Positions 19,757-28,008 of a stretch of DNA of 64,000 nt are shown here, piece by piece. Below the pieces are notes generated by a model that saw nothing but the letters and a program-made list of their open reading frames with translations, did no database searches and was not told where the DNA came from. Within the stretch, counting starts at the first letter, position 1; each line of letters begins with the position of its first letter. Source of the DNA: a virus. Lineage: Duplodnaviria > Heunggongvirae > Uroviricota > Caudoviricetes. The stretch lies in the IMG/VR virus record IMGVR_UViG_3300028888_000044, positions 128,001 to 192,000 of that record. One strand, given 5' to 3'. A program made the translations under genes and the position numbers.

Positions 19757-19795
19757 AAAAAAAATGGCACTATATCAAATAGTGCCATTTTTTTG
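19757..19795. terminator. Bidirectional terminator between convergent genes
   Basis: A-run ATGGCACTAT-loop-ATAGTGCCAT T-run between uvsX (+) and the LRR gene (-). Confidence 0.85.
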
Positions 19796-19820
19796 TGTAT
19801 ACATAATTTTTATAAATATC

Positions 19821-21128
19821 TTATTCAGATTCCGTTTCAACAGTCCAACCATTTGGAATACCGTTTACACCTCTGACATTCCAAGTTGCTGCGCTGTTCT
19901 TAACAAAAGTACCACTTGATGCAACACCAGACACCCAAGAATCGGTATATGCCGTTGATGGTGTCGTTGTGAACATAGCCTTTATATACTGTAATTTTGT
20001 ACATCCTCTAAACATATAGCGGTAACATGATGTTGCTGTCAGAGACTTTATTAACAATGTAGGAGCCACTTCAAGTGATTTACAATCCTCGAACATTGAA
20101 TATAATCCTTTTTCACCACCATTAGTAGTAAATCCAGTTGCAGATATTTTTGGCGCTGAAACTAAATTAGTACAGCCCTTGAACATTTCGCAATAACCGC
20201 TTGTTGGTACTGTCAATGATGGTAGATTTGGAGCTGACTTTAAAGATGTACATTCTTCGAACATAGCATCATAACAGCATTTAGCAAGGGTCGTAGATGA
20301 AAGCTGAGGTGCAATCAAAAGACTAGCACAGTTTTTAAACATAGCCTCATAACAGCTTTCTTTCATAATTTCACCATGCAATACTGGTGCAACAACAATA
20401 CTTGTGCAATTTCCGAACATTCTGTGGTAGCAACTTTTTTTCAATTCAGTAGCAACTAGTGATGGCGCATTTATTAATCTTTCGCACCCCATAAACATCT
20501 CGAAATAGCAAAAATCATTTATGTTTTCTGCCACAAGGAGTGGTGCTGTGTACATTTTGGCGCATTCATAGAACATACGGCAGTAGCAATTTATTGTCAA
20601 ATCGTGAGATGGCATAACCAACGTGTTTGCATTGACAACATTTGTTTTGTAAAACATCAAGTTGAAAGTACAAGAATCAATCAAACTTGTTTTATCTTCG
20701 AAGTCATCGTCATACAATAATGACATTATATTTCCTTGTAAATTAAACATTGCAGTACTTGCACTGAAAACTCCTATTCCAGAATCTCTATCTGCAATTT
20801 CATATGAACCAATTCTAGGATATGGAACCATGTTTCCTTTCCACTTCACAACATCACCAGATTTTACATTTAATGATACTTGATTCTGATATTCAGACCA
20901 TGTTTCACCATCGTCCAACGAATATGCAATCATATTTACTTGTGAATCACCAGTAGTTCCACTGAATTCAAAAGTACCATCACTTACCGCAACAAAGGTC
21001 AAATAGTCACCGCCACTTTTCTTTAATATGTGAACAGTGTCTGTTTCTTCTGTATATGACATTAGTTTGTCTTCTGACGCATAATGAGTTCTTTCTTCGT
21101 CAGTGTCAAATTTCTTTAAATAAATCAT
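19821..21128 (-). CDS. Leucine-rich-repeat (BspA/DUF285-related) adhesin-like protein
   Basis: Repeated CY..MF.GC.SL..AP.L....L units; C-terminal cap WVSGVASSGTFVKN...GIPNGWTV. Confidence 0.8.
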   Translation of the reverse strand: MIYLKKFDTDEERTHYASEDKLMSYTEETDTVHILKKSGGDYLTFVAVSDGTFEFSGTTGDSQVNMIAYSLDDGETWSEYQNQVSLNVKSGDVVKWKGNMVPYPRIGSYEIADRDSGIGVFSASTAMFNLQGNIMSLLYDDDFEDKTSLIDSCTFNLMFYKTNVVNANTLVMPSHDLTINCYCRMFYECAKMYTAPLLVAENINDFCYFEMFMGCERLINAPSLVATELKKSCYHRMFGNCTSIVVAPVLHGEIMKESCYEAMFKNCASLLIAPQLSSTTLAKCCYDAMFEECTSLKSAPNLPSLTVPTSGYCEMFKGCTNLVSAPKISATGFTTNGGEKGLYSMFEDCKSLEVAPTLLIKSLTATSCYRYMFRGCTKLQYIKAMFTTTPSTAYTDSWVSGVASSGTFVKNSAATWNVRGVNGIPNGWTVETESE

Positions 21129-21149
21129 AATATAAAAATATAATTTATA

Positions 21150-21156
21150 ATAAATA
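21150..21156 (-). promoter_or_regulatory. Putative late promoter motif TATTTAT
   Basis: Minus strand gaTATTTATt, 21 nt upstream of ATG 21128. Confidence 0.55.
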
Positions 21157-21227
21157 TCATTTTATATACAATAAATTTTCCAGAAGTAATATTTTTTGTA
21201 TATATTAGTTAAAAGTAACATTTATTT

Positions 21228-21863
21228 ATGGCTAGAAATGCAGAAAAGGAAAAACAAGACATACAAGGAGAATCGGCAGTGCACGATTTCTTGAAAAAGC
21301 ATTTTTATAATGAAGTAAAAAATCTGATAGAAGTTAATGAGAAAAATACCCAACTTAAGGGCATTGACACGATTTTTGAATATAACGGGTTTGAATACAA
21401 ATGTGATGAAAAAGCTGCATTGGACTTTACAAATGAACAGAAGGGAAGGAAATTGAATACCTTCTGCCTTGAATTGTCATTCTTGAGCAGAAGCGACTAC
21501 AGAATGGAGGGTTGGTTCGTTAATGAAAGCTTGGAAAACAATTCATATCTGTTCGTTTGGGTTGACAAGTCGGATGAGAATGTCATACACAACGCAAGCG
21601 AGATAAGGGAAGCTGAAATTGCATTGGTTCTGAAACAAGACATATATGACTACCTTTATACAATAGGATGGACGATTCCTTTGCTTAAGGTAAAGGATGA
21701 GAAAATAAGAAGCGGTACTGACAAGAATTTCGGAAACATCAATGAGAATGGTTGTAAATTTGCATTTTCACCATATTTATCTGAAAAACCAATAAATATT
21801 CTACTTTCAAGGGATACATATAGAAAAATGCCTCATACAATAAGTAAGAAAATATATTGCTGA
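21228..21863 (+). CDS. Putative PD-(D/E)xK restriction-endonuclease-fold protein
   Basis: GE..V..FL...QLKGID...KCDEK...F.LE...GWF spacing fits a PD-(D/E)xK nuclease. Confidence 0.5.
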   Translation: MARNAEKEKQDIQGESAVHDFLKKHFYNEVKNLIEVNEKNTQLKGIDTIFEYNGFEYKCDEKAALDFTNEQKGRKLNTFCLELSFLSRSDYRMEGWFVNESLENNSYLFVWVDKSDENVIHNASEIREAEIALVLKQDIYDYLYTIGWTIPLLKVKDEKIRSGTDKNFGNINENGCKFAFSPYLSEKPINILLSRDTYRKMPHTISKKIYC

Positions 21864-22366
21864 TGAAAAAATATACTCAAGACAAAGAAATAATTAGTCT
21901 GTTTAGCATGAAAAAAATAGACGATAATACAAAGAAAAGACTTCATAAGGCTATTGATGATAACAACTTTTACGAAATAAGAAAAATGACAGATGTTTTA
22001 CTTGGGCAAGAAATATGGTTTGGCGATTATTTCGAAGGAGATGAGTTCAAGTTTTATGTCAACGGCTTTAGACATTATCAACCGACAAGAGAATCAATAG
22101 ACAAATTCTTGCGAGATGAGAACAGAATTATAACTGATGGGAAATCATCAAAGATTTATAGTCCAGAAGAAATTTGGCAAATGGTTGATGACAGCAAGGG
22201 CGGCAAGACCATTGAGGATGTTGTCAAGGAAATGTCCGAATCCCAACAAGCGCTTATTGACGCAGAGGAATGGATAAGACCTTATGGGTTGTCATATGAG
22301 GACATAGCGAAATACAAACCTCGTTATAATGAATTTCATAATGATGGATTAAGATTTTATATATGA
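21857..22366 (+). CDS. Hypothetical protein
   Basis: 169-aa ORF overlapping both neighbours (ATG start likely at 21863). Confidence 0.7.
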   Translation: MLMKKYTQDKEIISLFSMKKIDDNTKKRLHKAIDDNNFYEIRKMTDVLLGQEIWFGDYFEGDEFKFYVNGFRHYQPTRESIDKFLRDENRIITDGKSSKIYSPEEIWQMVDDSKGGKTIEDVVKEMSESQQALIDAEEWIRPYGLSYEDIAKYKPRYNEFHNDGLRFYI

Positions 22367-23517
22367 AGCAAGTAATAAGAAAATCAATCATAGAAGCTAA
22401 CAATATAAAGACAGAAGAGAATATATATACTTTGGTTGTTGACGGTTCTAGTGTGCTTAAAACAGCATTGGTATCAACAAAACTCAACCAAGACGGTCTT
22501 GATTATGGTGCAATTATCAATTTCTTCAATATGATAAGACAAGTGATAGTCAAGCGAGATTTCTCAAAATGCTATGTGTTCTTTGACGATGACTTGAGTG
22601 GTCAGCTAAGGGCAGATATTTACCCAGCTTATAAGGCGAATAGGGACAAGCACTACAATATAAACGAAACAGAATATGACAAGAAGATAAACGATTATGT
22701 AAAGAAAGTACTTGCTTATTCACGAAACAAGAAAAAAGAATCAAAAAAAGTCCAATATGTAGAAACAGAGGATGAAAGGTACAGTAGGTGCAGAGATATT
22801 ATAATTGAAATCTGCGAAGAACTGTACATTAGGGTATATATGGCGAAATATGTGGAAGCTGATGACTTGTGCGCATATGTTGTAAGACATAAGAAACCGA
22901 ATGAAAAGATTGTTATCATATCAAGCGATAGGGACTTGGCACAGCTTATATCCGATGACGTTTGCTTGTACGTACTTAACAAGAAAACTTATGTAATACC
23001 TTCAAACTGTGTGGAAGTATTGGGATGCACTCACGAGAACATTGTTCTTAAAAAGATATTCTGTGGCGATGCTTCAGATAACATTGCTGGTATAAAAGGA
23101 GTTGGAGAAAAGACATTCTTCAGCCTATTTCCAGAAGCTGTGAACAACAAGATGCTTGTGGAAGATGTAATATCAAGGGCAAAGGAGATAAACGATGAAC
23201 GCAAGAAGGAAAAGAAGAGACCTTTGAAGGCTTGTGAAAACATCATAAACAATGTGACTGAAGGTGTTCAAGGAAACAAGATATACGAGATAAACAAGAA
23301 GATAATATCACTTGAGGAACCGTTGCTTACCGAAGAGGCAACAGAAACAATGAAAATGCTTACAGAATGCCCATTGGATGATGAGGGAAGAGATTTCAAG
23401 AATCTGTATAAGATAGCCCAAGAAAACAAGATTAATGACTTGTTGGATGATGGTAGACTTGGAGATTTCTTTGGGGCTTTCAACGGATTGATATATAGGG
23501 AAAAACATAATAAATAA
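22363..23517 (+). CDS. 5'-3' exonuclease / flap endonuclease (T4 RNase H-like)
   Basis: VVDG, YKANR, EADD, SSDRDLAQL and GDASDNIAGIKGVGEKT (H3TH) motifs. Confidence 0.92.
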   Translation: MKQVIRKSIIEANNIKTEENIYTLVVDGSSVLKTALVSTKLNQDGLDYGAIINFFNMIRQVIVKRDFSKCYVFFDDDLSGQLRADIYPAYKANRDKHYNINETEYDKKINDYVKKVLAYSRNKKKESKKVQYVETEDERYSRCRDIIIEICEELYIRVYMAKYVEADDLCAYVVRHKKPNEKIVIISSDRDLAQLISDDVCLYVLNKKTYVIPSNCVEVLGCTHENIVLKKIFCGDASDNIAGIKGVGEKTFFSLFPEAVNNKMLVEDVISRAKEINDERKKEKKRPLKACENIINNVTEGVQGNKIYEINKKIISLEEPLLTEEATETMKMLTECPLDDEGRDFKNLYKIAQENKINDLLDDGRLGDFFGAFNGLIYREKHNK

Positions 23518-23519
23518 AA

Positions 23520-23563
23520 ATAAAGCCAAATACTTGCAGTATATTGCTTGTATTTGGCTTTAT
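23520..23563. terminator. Hairpin/terminator between convergent genes
   Basis: ATAAAGCCAAATAC ... GTATTTGGCTTTAT 14-bp inverted repeat. Confidence 0.75.
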
Positions 23564-23572
23564 CTTTGCTTG

Positions 23573-24718
23573 TTATTGTTCTACCTTTGACCAACCATAA
23601 TAACCTAAATAATAGTCAGCATTTTGCATCCAAGAATCATATCCACTACTTCCACTTGGAACATATAATGTACCATTAGTTTTAACGTCTCTGAATGTAT
23701 TACTTTGTATTGTTGGTGCTGTAGTTGCTAATGAGGTTATGCTTGATAATTCATTACAACCTTGGAAAGAACCACTAGCAATACTTGTAACACTATCTGG
23801 TATTGTTATACTTGATAATGAGGTACAATAATAGAAAGCACCATCACCAATACTTGTAACACTATTTCCTATTGTAACACTTGTTAATCCACTACAACCT
23901 TGGAAAGTAGCACTACTAATACTTGTAAGACCACTGCCTATTGTTACACTTGTTAATCCACTACAATTTTGGAAAGCCGCATTACCCATATTTGTAACAC
24001 TATTTGGTATGGTAATACTTGTTAATGATGTACAACCATAGAAAGCATTACTACCAATGCTTGTAACACTATTACCTATTGTTATATTTGACAATCCACT
24101 ACAATTATAGAAAGCACCAGCATCAATACTAGTAACACTATTAGGTATTGTTATACTTGTTAATCCACTGCAACCTTGGAAAGCACCATCACCAATACTT
24201 GTAACACTATTTCCTATTGTAACACTTGTTAATCCACCACAACCTTGGAAAGTAGCACTATTAATACTTGTAAGACCACTGCCTATTGTTACACTTGTTA
24301 ATCCACTACAACTATTGAAAGCACTAGCACCAATACTTGTAACACTATTAGGTATGGTTACACTTGTTAATCCTCTACAACCACCAAAAACATAATTACC
24401 AATACTTGTAACACTATTTCCTATTGTAACACTTGTTAATCCACTACAACTATTGAAAGCACCAACACCAATACTTGTGCATAAATTACCTATTTCAGCA
24501 TTGACTGTTGTTGATTTATATTGACTTGTCATTGCATATGTCAATTCTCCACTGCCTTCAATTTCAACAATATCGCCATTATTAAGTGTTAATTTGCAGA
24601 AAAATGTTTTTGGGTGTATATTCACTTTATTACTTTCAATTGTGTATGACAGATATTCGTATTTGTCTGTACATGCTTGTTTTTCTTCTTCTGTTTGAAA
24701 TAATTTTATATGTACCAT
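23573..24718 (-). CDS. BspA-family (LRR_5) leucine-rich-repeat protein
   Basis: About 10 copies of the 23-aa LTSVTIPNSVTSIG..AF.GCS unit; cap APTI....F......GTLYVPSG. Confidence 0.92.
   Translation of the reverse strand: MVHIKLFQTEEEKQACTDKYEYLSYTIESNKVNIHPKTFFCKLTLNNGDIVEIEGSGELTYAMTSQYKSTTVNAEIGNLCTSIGVGAFNSCSGLTSVTIGNSVTSIGNYVFGGCRGLTSVTIPNSVTSIGASAFNSCSGLTSVTIGSGLTSINSATFQGCGGLTSVTIGNSVTSIGDGAFQGCSGLTSITIPNSVTSIDAGAFYNCSGLSNITIGNSVTSIGSNAFYGCTSLTSITIPNSVTNMGNAAFQNCSGLTSVTIGSGLTSISSATFQGCSGLTSVTIGNSVTSIGDGAFYYCTSLSSITIPDSVTSIASGSFQGCNELSSITSLATTAPTIQSNTFRDVKTNGTLYVPSGSSGYDSWMQNADYYLGYYGWSKVEQ
23760..24480 (-). repeat. 69-bp coding tandem repeats of the BspA LRR gene
   Basis: Near-identical blocks such as ccaatacttgtaacactatttcctattgtaacacttgttaatccac recur several times. 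Confidence 0.85.
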
Positions 24719-24739
24719 AATATAATTTCTTATTTATTC

Positions 24740-24746
24740 ATAAATA
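24740..24746 (-). promoter_or_regulatory. Putative late promoter motif TATTTAT
   Basis: Minus strand gaTATTTATg, 21 nt upstream of ATG 24718. Confidence 0.55.
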
Positions 24747-24809
24747 TCTTGCTGAAAAAGAAAATTGACATCAGTCAGTAATTATTTTACACACTTGTGC
24801 CAAATTGTA

Positions 24810-25355
24810 TTATTTTAGTTTCTTTATTATATTATCCATTGAAAACACAACATAATCGGTACAGTAAACATCAGCTACTGGTGTTTCTCCTATATTTTTA
24901 AGTATTACTGAATCGTAGTTTACTAAACCGCTATTTACCATATTTTTGACAATGTATGGAATATCGCCAAATTCATATTCTTCTTCGGATTCCATAACAT
25001 AATCCCATATTTGGGAAGGCATAATGCTTGTCAATTTTGGGTCGTTTGATTGACGTATTATTTCACCATTGTCATCCAAGTAGTACCACCACAATTTACC
25101 GCACCATTCATCATTTACGTTAACAATCAATGGATTATTCAGTTGTATCAAATATCTTGACATTTTATCTCTTCCACCATGCGTAAAGTATTGTATTGGT
25201 TTATCTGAAAACCAAATAACGTCAGAAAAATGTTCGTGAGCCAATTCTGAACCACCTCTATAAACAATAAATGTATTAGTGCTGTTATTGATATTCTCGA
25301 ATATATATCTGTTTATTTCATTTGCAATGATATTATGTATTTTTTTTCTTTCCAT
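24810..25355 (-). CDS. ADP-ribosyltransferase-like protein (ART-PolyVal-like)
   Basis: VYRGG...IWFSD...RYLIQLNNPL...YDSVILKN...DYVVFSMDNI pattern; ATG start at 25355 (MERKK). Confidence 0.65.
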   Translation of the reverse strand: MERKKIHNIIANEINRYIFENINNSTNTFIVYRGGSELAHEHFSDVIWFSDKPIQYFTHGGRDKMSRYLIQLNNPLIVNVNDEWCGKLWWYYLDDNGEIIRQSNDPKLTSIMPSQIWDYVMESEEEYEFGDIPYIVKNMVNSGLVNYDSVILKNIGETPVADVYCTDYVVFSMDNIIKKLK

Positions 25356-25376
25356 AATCAACAATCAATATATCAA

Positions 25377-25383
25377 ATAAATA
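25377..25383 (-). promoter_or_regulatory. Putative late promoter motif TATTTAT
   Basis: Minus strand acTATTTATt, 21 nt upstream of ATG 25355. Confidence 0.55.
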
Positions 25384-25427
25384 GTATTGTAGGCGGCAAT
25401 TATGTTAAAAAAAAATTAACATTTAAT

Positions 25428-25458
25428 TTTGTTTTTGTTTTTTTTTCGTATATATTCG
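25428..25458 (+). promoter_or_regulatory. Bacteroidota-type sigma promoter variant (TTTG-N19-TATATTCG)
   Basis: One mismatch to the TTTG-N19-21-TAnnTTTG consensus; upstream of 25523 and the helicase. Confidence 0.45.
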
Positions 25459-25522
25459 TTGTGTTAACTAATGTTAAATCGAGAGTTATTTTTTAAACGT
25501 TTAATTTTAATTTTTAACGATT

Positions 25523-26299
25523 ATGGCAAACGAAGTTCCAAACAAGGAGTACAAGGAAGAGAGATTTGAAATTGACTTATATGTTAATGACAAATTGATT
25601 TGCAAGAGAAATTTCAAGATTAATAACTTTATTGAGGGTAGTATGGATACTGTCAATTTCAAGGAGACTTTTGACGGTCTTGTAAGGAGTATTGACAATG
25701 ACTTGAAATCCAAGAGCAGAGTATACTGTTGGTATTACTTTAACGAGGATGATGTTTTGAATGAGTTCAAAGACCCTCTTCTAAAACCGTGGGAATGCAC
25801 GTTTAAGTTTGAATTGACTGATAACCACAAGGTTGTTCTGTCAAGGATTTGGGATGGCTATGCTTACCCTAAGGCTATTAGGGATAGGGTTGACATCACC
25901 AACAAGATTGTAAGGATTACTACAAAAGATGACAAGACATATGTGTATGACAAGGACACATATTTCAAGGCAAACGAAGACAGATTGTCGGCAGAGCTTT
26001 ATGTTCTCAAGGCAATGATAATGGACAAGCAAGACTTGACACAGCAGATTATAAGGAAGATTTGCGAGGTTTGCTCACCACGCGAGAACTTGTACAAGTC
26101 AATCGGTGACTATACTGTGAGCGAAGTGTATGGGAATGACGAGTATGTTGTCAACAAGGAAGGTAAAAAGGAATTTTTGAGGACTCGTGGAGCCAAGAAG
26201 TATTTCTATTCAGTAAATCTTACTGAGAAGAAGTATATTTCTGATTGGGCAAAAGCAGTTTCAGCAAAGACTAAGGAATATTTTGAAACATTGTATTAA
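25523..26299 (+). CDS. Hypothetical protein co-transcribed with the helicase
   Basis: 258-aa ORF ending 6 nt upstream of the helicase; no motif recognised. Confidence 0.75.
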   Translation: MANEVPNKEYKEERFEIDLYVNDKLICKRNFKINNFIEGSMDTVNFKETFDGLVRSIDNDLKSKSRVYCWYYFNEDDVLNEFKDPLLKPWECTFKFELTDNHKVVLSRIWDGYAYPKAIRDRVDITNKIVRITTKDDKTYVYDKDTYFKANEDRLSAELYVLKAMIMDKQDLTQQIIRKICEVCSPRENLYKSIGDYTVSEVYGNDEYVVNKEGKKEFLRTRGAKKYFYSVNLTEKKYISDWAKAVSAKTKEYFETLY

Positions 26300-26305
26300 T
26301 GAATT

Positions 26306-27757
26306 ATGGCATCAAAATCAAATGAAAAGGATTTAGGTTATCTAGGTGAAGAGTTTCAAAAGAGATTGATACACGCCTTTATGGTTGATAGCTCCTTTTT
26401 CAGAGATTTGTCATCCATTATAGACCAAAATATGTTCACAAGTGTAATAATGCGAACATATGTTGCAATTATGAAGGACTATTATGAGAAATATCAGATT
26501 TGTCCTTCATATACTGTAATGGATATGTCCATAAGGGAACGAATACACAACAAAATTGAGCTTGAGCAAGAGTTGGCTTTCAATGAAGAACTGAAGACAG
26601 TAACCACTGAATCAATCGATTATGTCAGAGAAGTTGCTACAAGGTTCTTCAAGCAGCAGAATATTGTACGTATTGCAAATGAAATATTAAGGGTTGTAGG
26701 AAGCAATGGAACTGATGCTGACAAGTATGACAAATGCGTCACTCTATTGACAGATGCAATCAATGTTGGAACTGGCGAAGATTATGGCGAGGGAATTTAT
26801 GACAACATAGAAGATACCTTGTCAGATGAATATCGAAAGCCAATACCAACTGGAGTTGATAGGCTTGACGAGGTTCTTGAAGGTGGTTTGGGATTAGGCG
26901 AAGTCGGAATGATAATTGGCCCTACATCGTTTGGTAAGACATCTCTAACAACATCATTTGCTAGTGCAGCAGCAACTTGTAGATGTGAATACAACAACAA
27001 TCAAGGATTTAAAGTACTACAGATTGTCTTTGAGGACAAGATAAAGCAGATTAGACGAAAGCATTTCTCAAAGATAACGCAAGTGGAGGCTCGTAATTTG
27101 TCAAAACCCGATTACATTCAGATGGTTAGGGAGCAGATTGACAGATACGAAGATAAGGAAATGCTTGCTAAAAATCTGAAGATTGTCAAGTTTCCTAGTG
27201 GCGAAAAGACAATAGACCAAATAAAGAACTATATCAATAGGCTGATAAATCTTGGCTTTAAACCAGACTTGTTGATTCTTGATTATTTCGAATGTTTGAA
27301 ATTGTCTGGAGATAAATCTTTATCACAATGGGAGCAAGAGGGCAAGACTATGAGGCGAATCGAAACTATGGCAAGCGACCTTAATATGGCTGTTTGGGTT
27401 CCTAGTCAAGGTAGTAGAGATTCAATCAATTCTGAACTTGTAACCATTGACAAGGGTGGCGGTTCAATCAGAAAAGCTCAAGTTGCGCACATTATATTGT
27501 CTATTGCTCGTTCAACAGATGATATTGCAAACAATAGGGCAACTATTGCGATTCTAAAGAACAGAGCTGGTTGTAGTGGAAAGATATTCAATAACGCATA
27601 TTTCAATAACGGTACTTGTACTGTAAATATGGATGATGTAGACGAATTTGAAAATATGGTCAAGTTTGACCAAGTTCGAGAAGAGGATATTAGAAAAATT
27701 CAGAAGGAACTTTTGAAACAAGCTAAAAAGAATCAAAAAGCGGCAGAATCACCATAA
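26306..27757 (+). CDS. Replicative DNA helicase (DnaB/T4 gp41-like)
   Basis: IPTGVDRLD...GGLG.GE...GPTSFGKT Walker A, LLILDY, VWVPSQ, ILKNRAG. Confidence 0.92.
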   Translation: MASKSNEKDLGYLGEEFQKRLIHAFMVDSSFFRDLSSIIDQNMFTSVIMRTYVAIMKDYYEKYQICPSYTVMDMSIRERIHNKIELEQELAFNEELKTVTTESIDYVREVATRFFKQQNIVRIANEILRVVGSNGTDADKYDKCVTLLTDAINVGTGEDYGEGIYDNIEDTLSDEYRKPIPTGVDRLDEVLEGGLGLGEVGMIIGPTSFGKTSLTTSFASAAATCRCEYNNNQGFKVLQIVFEDKIKQIRRKHFSKITQVEARNLSKPDYIQMVREQIDRYEDKEMLAKNLKIVKFPSGEKTIDQIKNYINRLINLGFKPDLLILDYFECLKLSGDKSLSQWEQEGKTMRRIETMASDLNMAVWVPSQGSRDSINSELVTIDKGGGSIRKAQVAHIILSIARSTDDIANNRATIAILKNRAGCSGKIFNNAYFNNGTCTVNMDDVDEFENMVKFDQVREEDIRKIQKELLKQAKKNQKAAESP

Positions 27758-27866
27758 AATTTGAAATATTTGGACTCTAAATAGTCATTTTTTGTATTTT
27801 TTTCAATAAAATTATAAGATAAAAAAAAATAATTTTTTTTTCCAAAAAAAAGTTTTAATTAAAATT

Positions 27867-27905
27867 TTGGCTATCATACATTTAGGTTTGGTAGCCAATT
27901 TTTTG
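27867..27905 (+). terminator. Probable terminator hairpin
   Basis: TTGGCTATCA...TGGTAGCCAA stem followed by a T run, downstream of the helicase. Confidence 0.5.
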
Positions 27906-27949
27906 TAAAATTTTTAGTAATTTTTTTTCATTTTTGTATACTAATTATG

Positions 27950-27967
27950 TTTACAAACGTTTGTAAA
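27950..27967. promoter_or_regulatory. Perfect 18-bp palindrome TTTACAAACGTTTGTAAA upstream of nrdD (possible operator)
   Basis: Self-complementary sequence ending 41 nt before the nrdD ATG. Confidence 0.4.
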
Positions 27968-28008
27968 AGGAAAAAAATAAACAAAATATTACGTACAACA
28001 AAAGAAAT

